A DNA stretch of 64,000 nt from the human T2T-CHM13v2.0 reference genome, Homo sapiens: assembly GCF_009914755.1 (NCBI RefSeq), contig NC_060925.1; one strand, written 5' to 3'. Position 1 is the first letter of the stretch. Each line of letters starts with the position of its first letter. The notes under the pieces were generated by a model. The model was not told where the DNA came from and searched no databases. It saw only the letters and a list, made by a program, of their open reading frames with translations. The translations under genes were made by a program, and so were the position numbers. Shown here piece by piece: positions 1-16,818 of this stretch.

Positions 1-174
1 AATTTGCCCTTAGCAGATCATTGACTATGTTTGAGTGATGGAAGATCTTACCTATAATAAGAAGACAAACTGTTCTTTTCTGAGCAGTTTATCAGTTCCA
101 GAAACCTGAATTACACATTATTTGAAACTTCAATACTTTCCTGTCATCTGAAGACTATAGTTATTTTTTTGTGA

Positions 175-502
<328 letters not shown>

Positions 503-728
503 GCCTTGTCTGTTTTTATAGTACAATCTAAATAGGTGGTATTATTATAATAACATACAGATTTAAAGTATGTTTTTCATTTATTTGAGAATGGGGAGGA
601 AGAAGGGAAGTATGGGCAAGACATTATACAGTTAATCATGTTAATACTAGTAGTAAATATGTTACCATTGAAAAAGAAGAGGTAATTTCCACAGGTTTAA
701 GACTGAGATTCTCTAGCTTGGAATGTAA

Positions 729-913
<185 letters not shown>

Positions 914-1099
914 CCTAGTTTAGTTTTCGAACTTTATAATATTACTCTTTTCTATAAATCCCTTCTTCTAGCTCAACTAATCTGTCATTGTCCTTTGAAT
1001 TCTCTTGTTTTTCCTAGTTTTTTGGCTCACCATTTTCTACCAACCAGCAACAACTTATGCCTACTTCTACTTCTCAGTCCTCCATGTCCTTTAAGACTG

Positions 1100-1330
1100 T
1101 TTTGAGTAGTGTAGATGAGAGATAATGAAAGCCTGGAATATCAATGAAAGTGGAGAACCAGGATGAAGAGTAGAGATGTTAAAAGTGTAGAATCTTAGAG
1201 ATTGGTAATTGGATTGTGTAGAAGGAGGCTGAACGATAGAGAGGAAGGTGTCTAGGATGACTTCCGTTTTTCTATCTTGGGGCTTTTTGGGTAGATGATG
1301 GCAAAAATTATTGAAATGGGAGACAGAGGT
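1100..1330 (-). mobile_element. L2 fragment
   Basis: Purine-rich degraded L2-like text (GGATGACTTCC..TTTCT..CTTGG). Confidence 0.55.
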
Positions 1331-1599
1331 AAAATATGTTGCCCAGATCACTCTGCTAATAAGAAGTGGAGCCAGAACTTGAGCCCAGGTGGTCTGGCTC
1401 GGAGTCTATGTGAATAATCACTATACTGTATCGCCTTAAAAAAAAAATGACAGATGTATTCCTTGCTCTCAAGAATTCTACACTTTAATTGGGGGATTAA
1501 ATTCACATAAACAGTTAAATAACAGTCACTGTGATAACTAATAAATTAATAACTCATGCAGTGCCCTTATGGAAGCTATTATTATATAGAAAAGGAGAT

Positions 1600-1800
1600 T
1601 AATAATAATAATAATTGCATTTAAGTTCTTACTATGTGCCAGACACTCTTCTAAGTGCTTAAGTGCATTATCTTATTTCAAATAATATTTACACATTATT
1701 TGAAACTTCAGTATGTTTCTATGATTTATGGTGATGGGTTGTGATATCTCCATTTTTTAGATGAGAACGCTAAGTACAGATTATTTGCCCTAAGTCACAC
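1600..1800 (-). mobile_element. MIR fragment
   Basis: CTTACTATGTGCCAGACACT..CTAAGTGCT and CCATTTTTTAGATGAG core. Confidence 0.7.
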
Positions 1801-3055
1801 ACCGATGCTGTTTCAGACAAAGTAGGCATTCAATAAATGTTTGATACATAGTTTAAAATCTTTGAAGAAAGTTTAAAAGAAAGAACTATCAAAATCAGTG
1901 AGTTACACATAGTCAAAAAAATATATGGCATTGAATCCAGCCATGTTCCGTTAAGGGGGATTTGCATGTAATGCCAGAGAGGATTTTGAGCATGCTAAAA
2001 TGGATAAACAGCCTTTGGAATGTCCTTTTTAACTGTTTCCACACTAGGAACAGTAGTAACTATGTTCAGCTGCTATTTAAGGCCCCAAACAATTCTTTGC
2101 ATTGTAGTTTGTGGCCTGGTCAGCATTTACCAAGTCACCATGAGAGTTTTTTGTTCTTTCACTTGAACATATTGTCATAGAAATTTAGTTGTTTCCCCTC
2201 ATTCTGTGTTGAACCCAAACATGCCTAGAATATTTAGAGTATCCCTGATTTAGCTGCTGGGTAATTTGAGGATAGTTGGGTACTCTGGGATGAAAAGGCT
2301 TGATACAATATGGGAAAAAAAGGAAGCAGCAGTGGCTTGGTAGGACTCAAGCCACATTTGGCCTTGCCTTGGTATTCTTCCATCTCCTTTGTGTGATGCG
2401 GTCGTCTCAGCAAGGAGACAGTGGTAATTACACAATTGGTAGTACAGATTTGGATTATTTTTCTTAATTAGTTTAAGAAATATTACAAAGCCCTCTGTAC
2501 ATGTTATCTGCTAGGGCTTTAAATCTGTAACTGTAGCTAGAAATAGGATTCTTTCTTATAAGTTGCCTAATTCATTATATTTACACCTCTTCTGTTCTTT
2601 AAAATAGTCCCAAAGTTCCCTGAACAGTGTTTAATTTTGGGGAGGGATCTTTTAATCATAATTTTAAACTCAGAGGATGTAGAACATGGCTTCCTATAAT
2701 ACTCTTCTCAAAGTATTGGTTTAAGTCAGTGGTTCTCAGTCTGTATATTGTGGACCCTGGGATGTGGGTGATGGGGGTAGTAGCTTTATGGCATTTTGCA
2801 AAGCATCTGCAAATCCATACTTGAAGCAAGCATTTTCTGTAGACCAAATAATTTATTTCATATATCTTTGTACAGCTCTTCAAATTTTTATAGCTATACT
2901 TCTGACTAATAAACTCCAAGTTCATTTTAAATCTTCACTAAATTCTTAGCAGCCTTTTTCCATCATGTATTTTCTCAGTACACAGAAGCTGAAAGGACAA
3001 CCTTGATGGTTTTGGGTGACCAGGATATTATTTTATATTAAAAGAGAGCCCTTAT

Positions 3056-3196
3056 ATTCAGGAGCCTTTGGGGAGAGACTATGGGTTTTCTAGGTGTAGA
3101 ATTATATCATCTGTGTGAGAGATGGTTTGACTTCCTCTCTTCATATTTGGATGCCTTTTATTTCTTTCTTTTGCCTGATTGCTCTGGCTATGACTT
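3056..3196 (-). mobile_element. Short antisense L1 ORF2 fragment
   Basis: Reverse complement of the L1 RT region present at 3608-3748. Confidence 0.85.
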
Positions 3197-3431
3197 GAGC
3201 ACTTGGGAATTCTTGTTTTTTGGTTTTTTTTTTCACATTATGATAAATATATATTTTCATAGTGCCAGATTTACTGTAATTTCTTATTGTTATTAAAACC
3301 TAACACTTGGTCATATGCTATTTACTTTATGTGTTTCTAATTTTTATTTGCGTATTTGGCCTAAGCATATTTATATCTGCTTCTGAGTAATTTCTGCATT
3401 TTATATGTTTTTACTTCATAAAAGATGGAGG

Positions 3432-5905
<2,474 letters not shown>

Positions 5906-6457
5906 CTGAATCCAAGGGAAAACGAGAAGGTAAAAATGTTTAATGATCATTTATGCCGAAGTATTAATACATTGTATCTACTCCAAATCCATGAAATTAT
6001 TTTTAGATCTTCTTATCTGGGATAAAATGCTGTTTATTGAAATTCTGCTACTTTCAGTGTGTTTTTTGAGGCCATCTGAAACAAGGGCTTTGCTTTTATA
6101 AGTTATCTTTTTTAGCCAAGACAGATGTTCTTGACAAACAGGTGTTCTGAAGCTTTATTTTGATTTTTAGTTTTCCCCGATCCTTTGAAATATTGAGCTG
6201 AGTTTTACATGGGTCAACCTGTCTGAAAGCATAATGCTTTTTTTTTCTTAAACAAATTATAAATTTACATGATATTTTAGTTGCCAGTTATTTTAGTACC
6301 TTCATTTTGTTAGATAGGCTCAAGCAGCTGTGGATGTTAGGCAAGGCTTTCAGCACCTTATAAAAATCTGCCAGATCTGAAAGGAAACACTTAGCAGGCA
6401 AGTAAAATTTTTAATAGATTAGTGTTATGAGTTGTATAAGTCTTTAGGTTAATGGTA

Positions 6458-7458
6458 CAGGTTTAGTACCCCTTAAATGAAATGCTTGGAACCAGAAGTG
6501 TTTCAGATTTTGGGTACTTTTGGATTTTAGAATATTTGCATATACATAATGAGATATCTTGGGGACAGAACCCAAGTCTAACATGAAATTCATTTATGTT
6601 TCATGTATATCTCATACACATAGCCTGAAGGTAATTTTATATAATATTTTAAATAATTCTCTGCATGAAACCAAGTTTGCATACAGTGAACCATCAGAAA
6701 GCACAGTTGTCACTATCTCCTGTGGACAATCTGTAGTTGTTTGGCACCACCATCATTCCTGGCTCTGAATTCATATGCTACTGACAAGCAATCATTTTCT
6801 TACACTTATTCACAAATTCACACCTAAGAACTTAACAAAAATTATGACATACCATTAATACAGTGAAAAAATAATGTGTGCAGAGTAACAAGGCAGGACA
6901 GTAGAATCACCAGAATACCAGTGTCAGCTACTACAAAACAGCAACAACAAAAAATGGCAGCTTTCAGTCTCTGCCTTTGATGCTGTTTTCATTAAAAGCC
7001 TACTGTACCCTCTATTTTATGTCTTCAGGTGAGAAGAAACATCAGAAGCAGTTGAGAGACTGGAAGTGGGTCCTCTAGGGATGAGGAGGCATTCTGCTGG
7101 ATGACTTCTAAAAATGTTTTCTATGGAGTCATCTGCCTCATTAACAAGTTTTTGTTTTAGAAGTCTCTTTTTGATTTTGTAAACTGACATGATTTCTTTT
7201 TCTGTTATGACTGTATGCTGCTTTAGTCCTTCACTAGGCCCATCACACATTTTTACCATGTCATCTATAGGCACTTTTTCTGCAGCGTTAACAGCATCAT
7301 CTTCATTGTCATTATTATAGATTGAGTATCCCTTATCCAAAATACTTAGGACCAGAAGTGTGGAGTTTTCCACTTGTGAAGTTGTGTCAGCACTCAAAAA
7401 GTTTTGGATTTTGGAGCATTTTGGATTTTGGGTTTTTGGATTAAGGATGTTCAACCTC
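6458..7458. mobile_element. Tigger4/Zombi (MER46 family) DNA transposon relic with a transposase C-terminal fragment, plus a second short copy at 7318-7458
   Basis: TA-flanked ends CAGGTTTAGTACCCCTTA / TAAGGATGTTCAACCTC; second left end TAGATTGAGTATCCCTTATCCAAAAT at 7318; minus-strand peptide AEKVPIDDMVKMCDG...EIMSVYKIK. Confidence 0.8.
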
Positions 7459-7659
7459 TAATAATTCTCGTCAGATTAGCATAAATTTAAAATAATGATA
7501 CCTCTGAATACTCAGAAAAGAATTGAAGGCCATTTTTGGGGGAAGAGGGAAAGGGCTGGTATCATCTACAGACTATTTTGAATCACAGATTTATGTTTAC
7601 CGTGATTGTTAGCTAAGATTTAATCTCAAATGGTTTTAAGTTTTTTGGTATTTGTAGTC

Positions 7660-7871
7660 TTTTTTTTTTTTTTTTTTTTTTTGTCCTTTTTAGGGATCTG
7701 CCTGCCTCAGCCTCCTGAGTAGCTAAGACTCGAGGCACATACCACCATACCTGGCTAATTTTTAAATTTTTTTTTGTAGAGACAGGCTATCACTATGTTG
7801 CCTTGGCTGGTCTCAAACTGCTGGCCTCCCAAAGCACTGGGATTACAGGTGTAAGCCACAGTGCATGGCCT
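7660..7871 (-). mobile_element. Internally deleted AluJ-like element
   Basis: Poly-T, CCTGCCTCAGCCTCCTGAGTAGCT, GGGATTACAGGTGTAAGCCAC. Confidence 0.85.
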
Positions 7872-8290
7872 GTAGCTCCTTCTTCTTCTAATATTGAGTT
7901 ACTAAGTTTATGTTCAGATATTTTTGGTATTGTATGCATTTGTAAATCCTATTAATTTAGAATACATGACTCTCCATATTCAGTGTAAAAGATTTGTTAT
8001 TTATAATAAGACAAATCCTTTTAGCACTAATAAATTTCAGAGGTTAATTCTTAGAAATCTAGGGATTACAGCAAATTTGATAGCTGTTTAGTTGAGAAAG
8101 ATAAATAAGAAAGTATATTAAAGTATATTGTTAATGATAACTCAAAGAGATGAATTTAGTTGGTCACATTAAAAACATAACAAAGTCACCATAAGCGTGT
8201 GCTGCTATTGATCCAATGTTTTAATTGATGGTGTCCAATCCCTTGGTGTTGATCTTACCCATTACGTCTGCAGAAAAGACCTAATTATAA

Positions 8291-8587
<297 letters not shown>

Positions 8588-10140
8588 TAGTGCTTCTCTT
8601 AATGCCTGATTTAAAAACCAACAAAAAAACACCTTTTGCTTTTGTTGCCTTGTTTTTGTTTTTTTTAGAGTTTCTTATATTGCATCAAATAAAAGAGTGT
8701 GCTGAATTGCACATCTAGTCTTTGGAGGAAAATTAGGGTAAGGCTTACTACGTTAGAATCTAAGTGAAAAGGTTTTTGAAAGTGAAGTGGTTTGATGAAA
8801 AGCAAAGTATGCATACCTCCCTCTTCTTTACTCCTTCTTTAGAACCAACCCTCTTATTATTCTCTTCAAGCCCTTACACCCTCAACCCAGTCATCCACTA
8901 ATATTTTACAGATTCAACGTTTCCTGATTGAAATGTTTTAGCGATCTTCAGATAAGAGTCTATAGATTACTTTTTAGGTAGGTTTTATATTTAGCTTTCT
9001 TCCTTGCCGTTTTGAAGTATTTTCACCACTTCATAATGATGACTAGCTACTCTTAGGAATTCTGTCTCTTAGTGATTATTTGGTACTTTCCCATTTTTGC
9101 AAACCTTTAAATTTTCTAGCATGTTGTAGGGATTTCTTATAATTTATAAATCACATAGTTTCCTAAGACCTGTCACTCTCTAAAGCCAGTTACTGCACTT
9201 GCCAACTAACTCTTGCTTTCTTTCAAAATGATTGGAAATAACTTATGTATTAAATTGAACATCTTGGTCCTAAAATTTAATGAATGTTAAAGCTATATAG
9301 TCAAACAGTGGATTCTCTAAAGTTACGATTGGGAAAGCAAAGTGTGTATGTTTTCTTTAAAATAAAAATGGATACTACTAGTTGTTAATATTACTACTTC
9401 ATCCTTTCTTTAGGTAGAATGCATTTGAAAAGTAATTTTAAAATCCTGTGGGTTATGCAAGGTTGTTTATCAGACTACTGTCTGATCTGTCTGCCAGAAT
9501 TTATTAACCAGCATGTCAGTGACCCATTTAATTATAAAATTGCTCCACAGTTGCATAAACAGTAATCTCAGCCAGCAATATTGTAAAAATTCATAACAAA
9601 GGAATATTGTCTGGTGAAAGTAGAACATCCAGTTTCTAGAATAAGAGTCCCATCGTTTGTATAGGTATTGAAAACAATGCATGTCAAGACATGGAATAGG
9701 AAAATTAGTGTTGCTATGAGACTAGAGACCATGGACAGTACAGGATTAGGCTTGACTGTTATGTTGGTTTGTTTTGAGGACTAGAAGAGGTAAGCACAAT
9801 GCTTATGGCATAATAGGCTCTAATACATAGCGTGTGTTTCAGTTGAAGATGAAACAATGTTGCTGGGATGGGAAGGTGGTGAGCACAGGATAGAGGCAAC
9901 TGGATTGGCAAAATGTTGATAATGATGGAAGCTGGGTGTTTATTTTTCTATCCTTTTGGTGCATGGAAAAATTTCTACAATATGTTAAAAAAATGACAAT
10001 AACAAAAATCCAAAAGCTTTCTGTGATATTTTCAATTAAAAAGTTGTGTGACCAATAAGAAAAGAGTATGATTTTCATGGGAGACCAACCAGGTTAAGAA
10101 TGATGAAAAAGGATTTTTAAAAATAATGCTTTGAAATTTC

Positions 10141-10438
10141 TTTTTTTTTGTTTTATTATACTTTAAGTTTTAGGATACATGTGCACAATGTGCAGGTTAG
10201 TTACATATGTATACATGTGACATGCTGGTGCGCTGCACCCACTAACTCGTCATCTAGCATTAGGTATGTCTCCCAATGCTATCCCTCCCCCCTCCCCCCA
10301 CCCCACAACAGTCCCCAGAGTGTGATGTTCCCCTTCCTGTGTCCATGTGTTCTCATTGTTCAATTCCCACCTATGAGTGAGAATATGCAGTGTTTGGTTT
10401 TTTGTTCTTGCGATAGTTTACTGAGAATGATGATTTCC
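10141..10438 (-). mobile_element. Young L1PA (L1PA2/3-like) 3' end, about 300 bp
   Basis: TTATACTTTAAGTTTTAGG...CACCCACTAACTCGTCATCTAGCATTAGG; GAG-type diagnostic site, so not L1HS-Ta. Confidence 0.93.
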
Positions 10439-10546
10439 TTTTAATACTCTTTTAAATTATGAACTTGAATGTTTCTTATATAATACCCCCAAATGAAACT
10501 TATAATAGAAAATATCCAAAGTTGCCTTTATGTAATATGTTAGGAC

Positions 10547-11615
10547 ATTTAAAATATTTTTATGAAATATTTTAGACATGAAAAAAAGATAAAGACTAAT
10601 TAGAACTTTAAAAATACATAGGTCAACAGTATATCACTGTTGTTAAAAAATATTAACAATATTAATCTAAGTCATCCCAAACATGGAAAAGTCCAGAAAA
10701 GCATAGCTAGGATGGGGAGAGTATCTAGAAACCATGGGGTAGAGGAGTGGGTTAAAGGTTGGAATGATTCAGTAAACTGAAGAAGAGAGGATGGAAAGTA
10801 GACCTGGGAGCCATCTTCCAGGAAAGGAAGGTTGTTATGTGGAAAATAGAATTGTTCTGCTTGTTCCAGAAGAGTTATCTGGAACAGGTGCAGGAAAAAT
10901 ATAGAAAGGTTTCTTCTAAACATAAGGTTTTTTGATACAATCATTGTATTTAAAAACCAGAAGAGCAACCCCCCTGCCTTTTTTTTTTTCTACTTTTAGG
11001 CTTACTATCTGAATAATGAGCATCTTAATGTTGACAATCATCACTGTATGCCATTGACCCATTTTATAATCTCTAAACATATTCCAATTAATTATATGTT
11101 GGTCTATTAGTCAGACATCCTTTATTAGTTCTCTGGTGTGAAAGACTGTGTCTGTTCAGCTTTTGTACTCTTAAGGGGGATCTGTAAATTTAAAGTATTT
11201 TTAATGAAATATTTTAGACATGAAAAAAGATAAAGACTAATTAGAAGTTAAAAAATATATAGGTCAAGAGTATGTCACTGCTAAAAATATGAGAAAATGT
11301 AGAACCAATAAATACTGCTAGAAACAAAAGCTAATACTTATTGGTTCTATGTTTTCTCATCTCACACATCCCCCAGTTCTTCAACGTTAATTGAGACTTT
11401 GTCAGCAAAGTCTCAATGTATGAATGTCTACATTTATTGTATGAATGTATATTCAGATGAGGTTAATTTTTTTAACAATGATATACCGTTGACCTACATA
11501 TTTTTAAAGTTCTAATTAGTCTTTATCTTTTTTCATGTCTAAAATATTTCATTAAAAATACTTTAAATTTACAGAGCCCCCTTAAGAGTACAAAAGCCAA
11601 ACAGACACAGTCTTT
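10547..11615. repeat. Locally triplicated AT-rich segment: direct copies 10547-10650 and 11141-11287, inverted copy 11469-11615
   Basis: Hand alignment: about 11 mismatches over about 147 bp between the inverted arms. Confidence 0.95.
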
Positions 11616-14155
11616 TTGAAGTTTAGAATTGACAGGATTATAAAGAAAGATTCAAACACTTTATGTTTAATGCAAAGAGACCTAAGGACAATTAGAATAA
11701 TTTTCTAGTCAACCTGCATTGAGGTTTTTGTGCTTATTTTTACTTGGCCAGCACATCGAGACGTGAGCCAAGCCTTTCAATATGAGTTTTTTTGGTAGAA
11801 ATTTTGACTGAATGTTTATTTCAAGTAAAGAAGCATTAGTCTGTCCTAGCAGCAGGCCAACCCACTCAGGAACCCAAAGTAAATCTGTTCCAGAAGGAGT
11901 TGCAGAGAAGAACTTTGATCAGCTTGTATAGCCTTCTGTGTTAGTAACTTGGTTGACCTCAGTATTACATGTGTCTGTTAAAACACAAGTCCTATTAAAT
12001 TAGGATAAATTAATATAAATTCCTAATTTAAAATGATCAAAAAAATATTTTTTATCATATACCTTTTGTGCCTTTAAACCAAAAGTATGGTGAAAGAATT
12101 GTAATCCACCAAAAAAAAAAAATCATATCAGTTTTTTTGTGGCTTTGTAATGCTGACATGGCTTCTTTTTCTACCTTTTTTAGTTCTTTTGTTTGGCTGG
12201 TTTCACTCTCCAGAGGCCTGCTACAGCCATAAGTAGCGTTTTTAGCATACCATATTCTGCAAACTGCATTAAATGCCACATTTTCTGTTATGAAACAGTT
12301 TGCCTGGTTCAAATTATATCTTACTCTTCCTGTCTTTTGCTGGTAAATCTGTTTTGTTTAACTCTTGGAGACCTCACCTAAGTTTTCAAGAAATATGGTT
12401 TGTTTTTGGCTGTGATCCTGATGGAAAAAATGAACATGATCTCTCATTTCAGTGTAGAAGTTCTCTGTGCAGTTTCTTAGTAAATGGCAATCTTGGAACT
12501 ACAAAGTTGACTTTATAGGACAGCATGCTTATCTTTCTTTAAAGGGCTATTTAGTGTTGCCACACATCAAACCAAGGGCTTAAAAACAAGCAGTCTGTTT
12601 AAATCTGCATTACACTCACTACTTCCACCTACCCATCATAATCGCATAAACTTTATGAAACATTACTGCCCTTGTTTTAAGGTTATAGGAATTACATTGT
12701 TTTAGTTATTGGAACAAAAGACCAGAAAAACAAGTGGTAAAATTCTACATCTTCCACAGTGGGCCACATTGGAGCAAATACTCTTAGTGGAAATCAGTAG
12801 GTGGGAATAATGGAAAGAAAAGTATCCAGAACTGATATAGAACTATAAATAACCTCAGATGTGAGGTTGATGAAGGGATACAAACTACTGTTAGGAGTCT
12901 CCTTCCTTCCGGCTCAGTCACCCCACTGAATATCTTCCAAACTCTGTATCACCTTTTACCCTGTTTCTAAATCCTATAGTTAGGAAACTTGATCCCTTCC
13001 ATCCCAAAATGACTTCCCTTTGGGAGTCCCTGTCTTGGGTTCCTAGAGTCATCATGAGAAGGTAGGTGCTGGGGGGAATCCTTTGCTACTGGTTTGCAGG
13101 TATTAGAAATGGTGCGAAGGGGATTCTCCTGTCATACCAAATTAGAACTTTGTATTTCCTTTCTCTAGAATTGGTGTACAGTTAATTTAGGGATTTCAGG
13201 TATTTTTAGTATTGTTCTATGGGAGTGATGTGACATGGGCCTAGATGGATGCCCTGCACACAGTGTTCCTCTCTTGCAGTGGAGGAACATGAGCTTGGAG
13301 AATCTACCATGTGTATAGCAAGCAGAAAGCAAGCCTCCTCATTGTCTAGAGGGAGATTTTATCTCATCCTTCAAGGTTGCTTGTTGGAAACTGAACCTTG
13401 AGAATGGCCTGGGAAAAGAGTGGTCCGGACCTTGCATTCTTTGCATACCCAATAAGACGTGTAGGAGCAAAACTCATAAGAGACTCCCTGGAGGTGTGTT
13501 TCTCAAGAAAAATATGTCTATAATAATCTATTTGCAATGCATAGCAACTCAGAAAAACAGAGACTGCCTATGTTCTATTTCAGAAAAAAAGCAAAACTTC
13601 AATAGACGTTGAAGTTGCTTATCTGTAACATCCAAGAATAGGACGCTGGTTAGGTCAAAATGTGAGCTGAATCTCCTTAAATTATGTGGCTAGCTTAGAT
13701 CTCAGAAGATAAATAATGAATAGGCACTTCTTAATAACTTCTAACAACAAACAAGTTGAGATCATGATATTTCTTTAGGCTGCAAAGTAGAGGAATCTAT
13801 CAGAACAAATCCAATAGGAAGGATTTGGAGAGCTGGAGTTATCCAGGGTTTAGTAAAAAAATTACTTCTGTGCTGACTGCATTGTGGCTTTGCTGCTACC
13901 AGGGACTCTGCAAATAAAAGAAAATATGCTTTGTTTAAATATTTGCAGTATCTCTTTAAATGTAGGTTTGGAGCTTCTAAAAATTTATCTTGAATAGCAG
14001 TTCAGTTTCATTTGAGGTTACAGTAGCTTTGGAAGGGGAAGTGAACAGCTTTTTTTTGTTGTTGTTTATTTTTCCTTCCTGATGCATTGCATTAGGATAA
14101 ATTTATGTTGTGGCAACCTCAGCATTCTTTATTCTGTACTTTTTGTACTTTTTAG

Positions 14156-14480
<325 letters not shown>

Positions 14481-14857
14481 CAGTTTGGCATCTTTATAAG
14501 AATAATAAATAATTATTTTTAAGGATTCTGATTTTTATCTTAATAAACAATGAAATACTTCTCTCTCCTTTCTCTAATTTCCCTTCTCAAAACCTTGTGG
14601 GGACTCATTCTAGGGAGACAGTCCTTTTATACCCCAGAGACTTTCTTGCAAATCAGTTTCCTTGTCTGGTAGTCATTCTTACTAGTTTTGTGTGCATTCT
14701 TCTGGAGACAGTTCTTTAATATGTAAGTACTTATAGTTTTATTTATTGACCTATTTCATAGAAAAGGTAGCATACTGTACATGTCATCCTGCAACTTGCT
14801 TTTCTCACTTATACCTTAGAGATCTGTTCAGATCAGTACTAAAAACTTTTCTCATTC

Positions 14858-15173
14858 CTTTTTTAAATTTTTATTTATTTATTTATTTTTTTAAAGACAG
14901 TCTGTTGCTCTGTTGCCTAGGCTGGTGTGCAGTGGCATGATCATAGCTCACTATTGCCTTAAATATCTGGGCTTAAGCAATCCTCCTGCCTCAGGCTCCT
15001 GAGTAGCTAGATGTGTGCCACCTGGCTAAATTTTGATTTTTTTTTTTGTTTTTGTAGAGATGGGGGTCTTGTTGTATTGCACAGGGTGGTCTTGAGCTCC
15101 TGGCCTCAAATGATCCTCCTGCAGTGGCCTCCCAAAGTGCTGAGATTACAGGCATAAGCCACCATGCCTGGTC
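14858..15173 (-). mobile_element. AluJ
   Basis: GATCATAGCTCAC and GGGCTTAAGCAATCCTCC J-type diagnostics. Confidence 0.88.
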
Positions 15174-15349
15174 TTTTTCTTATTCTTTTAATAGCTGCAT
15201 TTTAATGGCTACATAGTAACCTACTTCATAGGGGTGCCATAATTATTGTAAAATTTTGCAGTCCTTTTCATTATAAACATTTCTTCATTGAATAACTTGG
15301 TACTTATTTCATTTTGTTCATATACAAATATATCTATGGGAGAAATTTT

Positions 15350-16270
15350 ATTTTATTTTTATTATACTTTAAGTTCTAGGGTACATGTGCACAACGTGCA
15401 GGTTTGTTACATATGTATATATGTGCCATGTTGGTGTGTTGCACCCATTAACTCGTGATTTACATTAGGTATATCTCCTAATGCTATCCCTCCCACCTCC
15501 CCCAACCCCACGACAGGCCCTGGTGTGTGATGTTCCCCTTCCTGTGTCCAAGTGTTCTCATTGTTCAATTCCCACCTATGAGTGAGAACATGTGTGTTCG
15601 GTTTTTTGTCCTTGTGGTAGTTTGCTGAGAATGATGGTTTCCAGCTTCATCCATGTCCCTACAAAGGACATGAACTTATCCTTTTTTATGGCTGCATAGT
15701 ATTCCATGGTGTATATGTGCCACATTTTTTTAATCCAGTCTGTCATTCATGGACATTTGGGTTGGTTCCAAGTCTTTGCTATTGTGAATAGTGCTGCAAT
15801 AAACATAAGTGTGCATGTGTCTTTATAGCAGCATGATTTATAATCCTTTGGGTATATACCCAGTAATGGGATGGTTGGGTCAAATGGTATTTCTAGTTCT
15901 AGATCCTTGAGGAATTGCCACACTGTCTTCCACAATGGTTGAACTAGTTTACAGTCCTACTAACAGTGTAAAAGTGTTCCTGTTTCACTACTTTGTAATG
16001 ATTGCCTGTTTCCTGACTTTGTAATGATTGCCATTCTAACTGGTGTGAGATGGTATCTCATTGTGGTTTTGATTTGCATTTCTCTGATGGCCAGTGATGA
16101 TGAGCATTTTTTCATGTGTCTGTTGGCTGCATAAATGTCTTCTTTTGAGAAGTGTCTGTTCATATCTTTCGCCCACTTTTTGATGGGGTTGTTTTTTTCT
16201 TGTAAATTTGAGTTCTTTGTAGATTCTGGATATTAGCCCTTTGTCAGATGAGTAGATTGCAAAAATTTTG
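15350..16270 (-). mobile_element. 5'-truncated L1PA (about PA4-5), nested in an older L1M relic
   Basis: 3'UTR and ORF2 C-terminal peptides; TSD TGGGAGAAATTTT at 15337-15349 and 16271-16283. Confidence 0.95.
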
Positions 16271-16438
16271 TGGGAGAAATTTTTAGAATTGGATTTGCTG
16301 GGCCAGAAGGTATGTACTTGTTCAGTTTTGATAGGTTTTACCAAATGGTCCTCCATTGAGGTAGTTCTAATTGAGAAGTCAGTCACAGGGCTTAATGGAG
16401 TCCTTGGGTGGGTTTCAGTGTTTCCATAATCAGCATCC

Positions 16439-16818
16439 TATATTAGTCAGTTCTCACACTTCTATAAAGAAATACCTGAAACTGAGTGATTTATAAAGAA
16501 AAGAGGTTTAATTGTCTCATGGTTCTGCAGGCTGTACAGGAAACATGGCTGGGGAAGCCTCAGGAAACTTACAATCATGACTGTGGGTGAGGGGGAAGCT
16601 GGCACATCTTACATGGCTAGAGCAGGAGAAAGAGAGAAAAGAGGGAAGTGCTACACACTTTTAAACAACCAGATCTTATGAGAACTTACTATCATGAGAA
16701 CAGCAAGGTGGAAATCTGCCTCCATGATCGAATCACCTTTCACCAGGCTCCTCCCCCAACATTGGGGATTACAATTCGACATGAGATTTGGGTAGAGACA
16801 CAAATCTAGATCATATCA
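16439..16818 (-). mobile_element. MaLR solo LTR (MSTA-like)
   Basis: TATTAGTC...AAAAGAGGTTTAATTG...ATGAGATTTGGGT...CATATCA; 5-bp TSD CATCC/CACCC. Confidence 0.88.

Noticed and set aside
12040-13900. Possible processed pseudogene or unrecognised ancient element
   Set aside because: No recognisable peptide, poly-A or TSD. It cannot be assigned without BLAST/Dfam.
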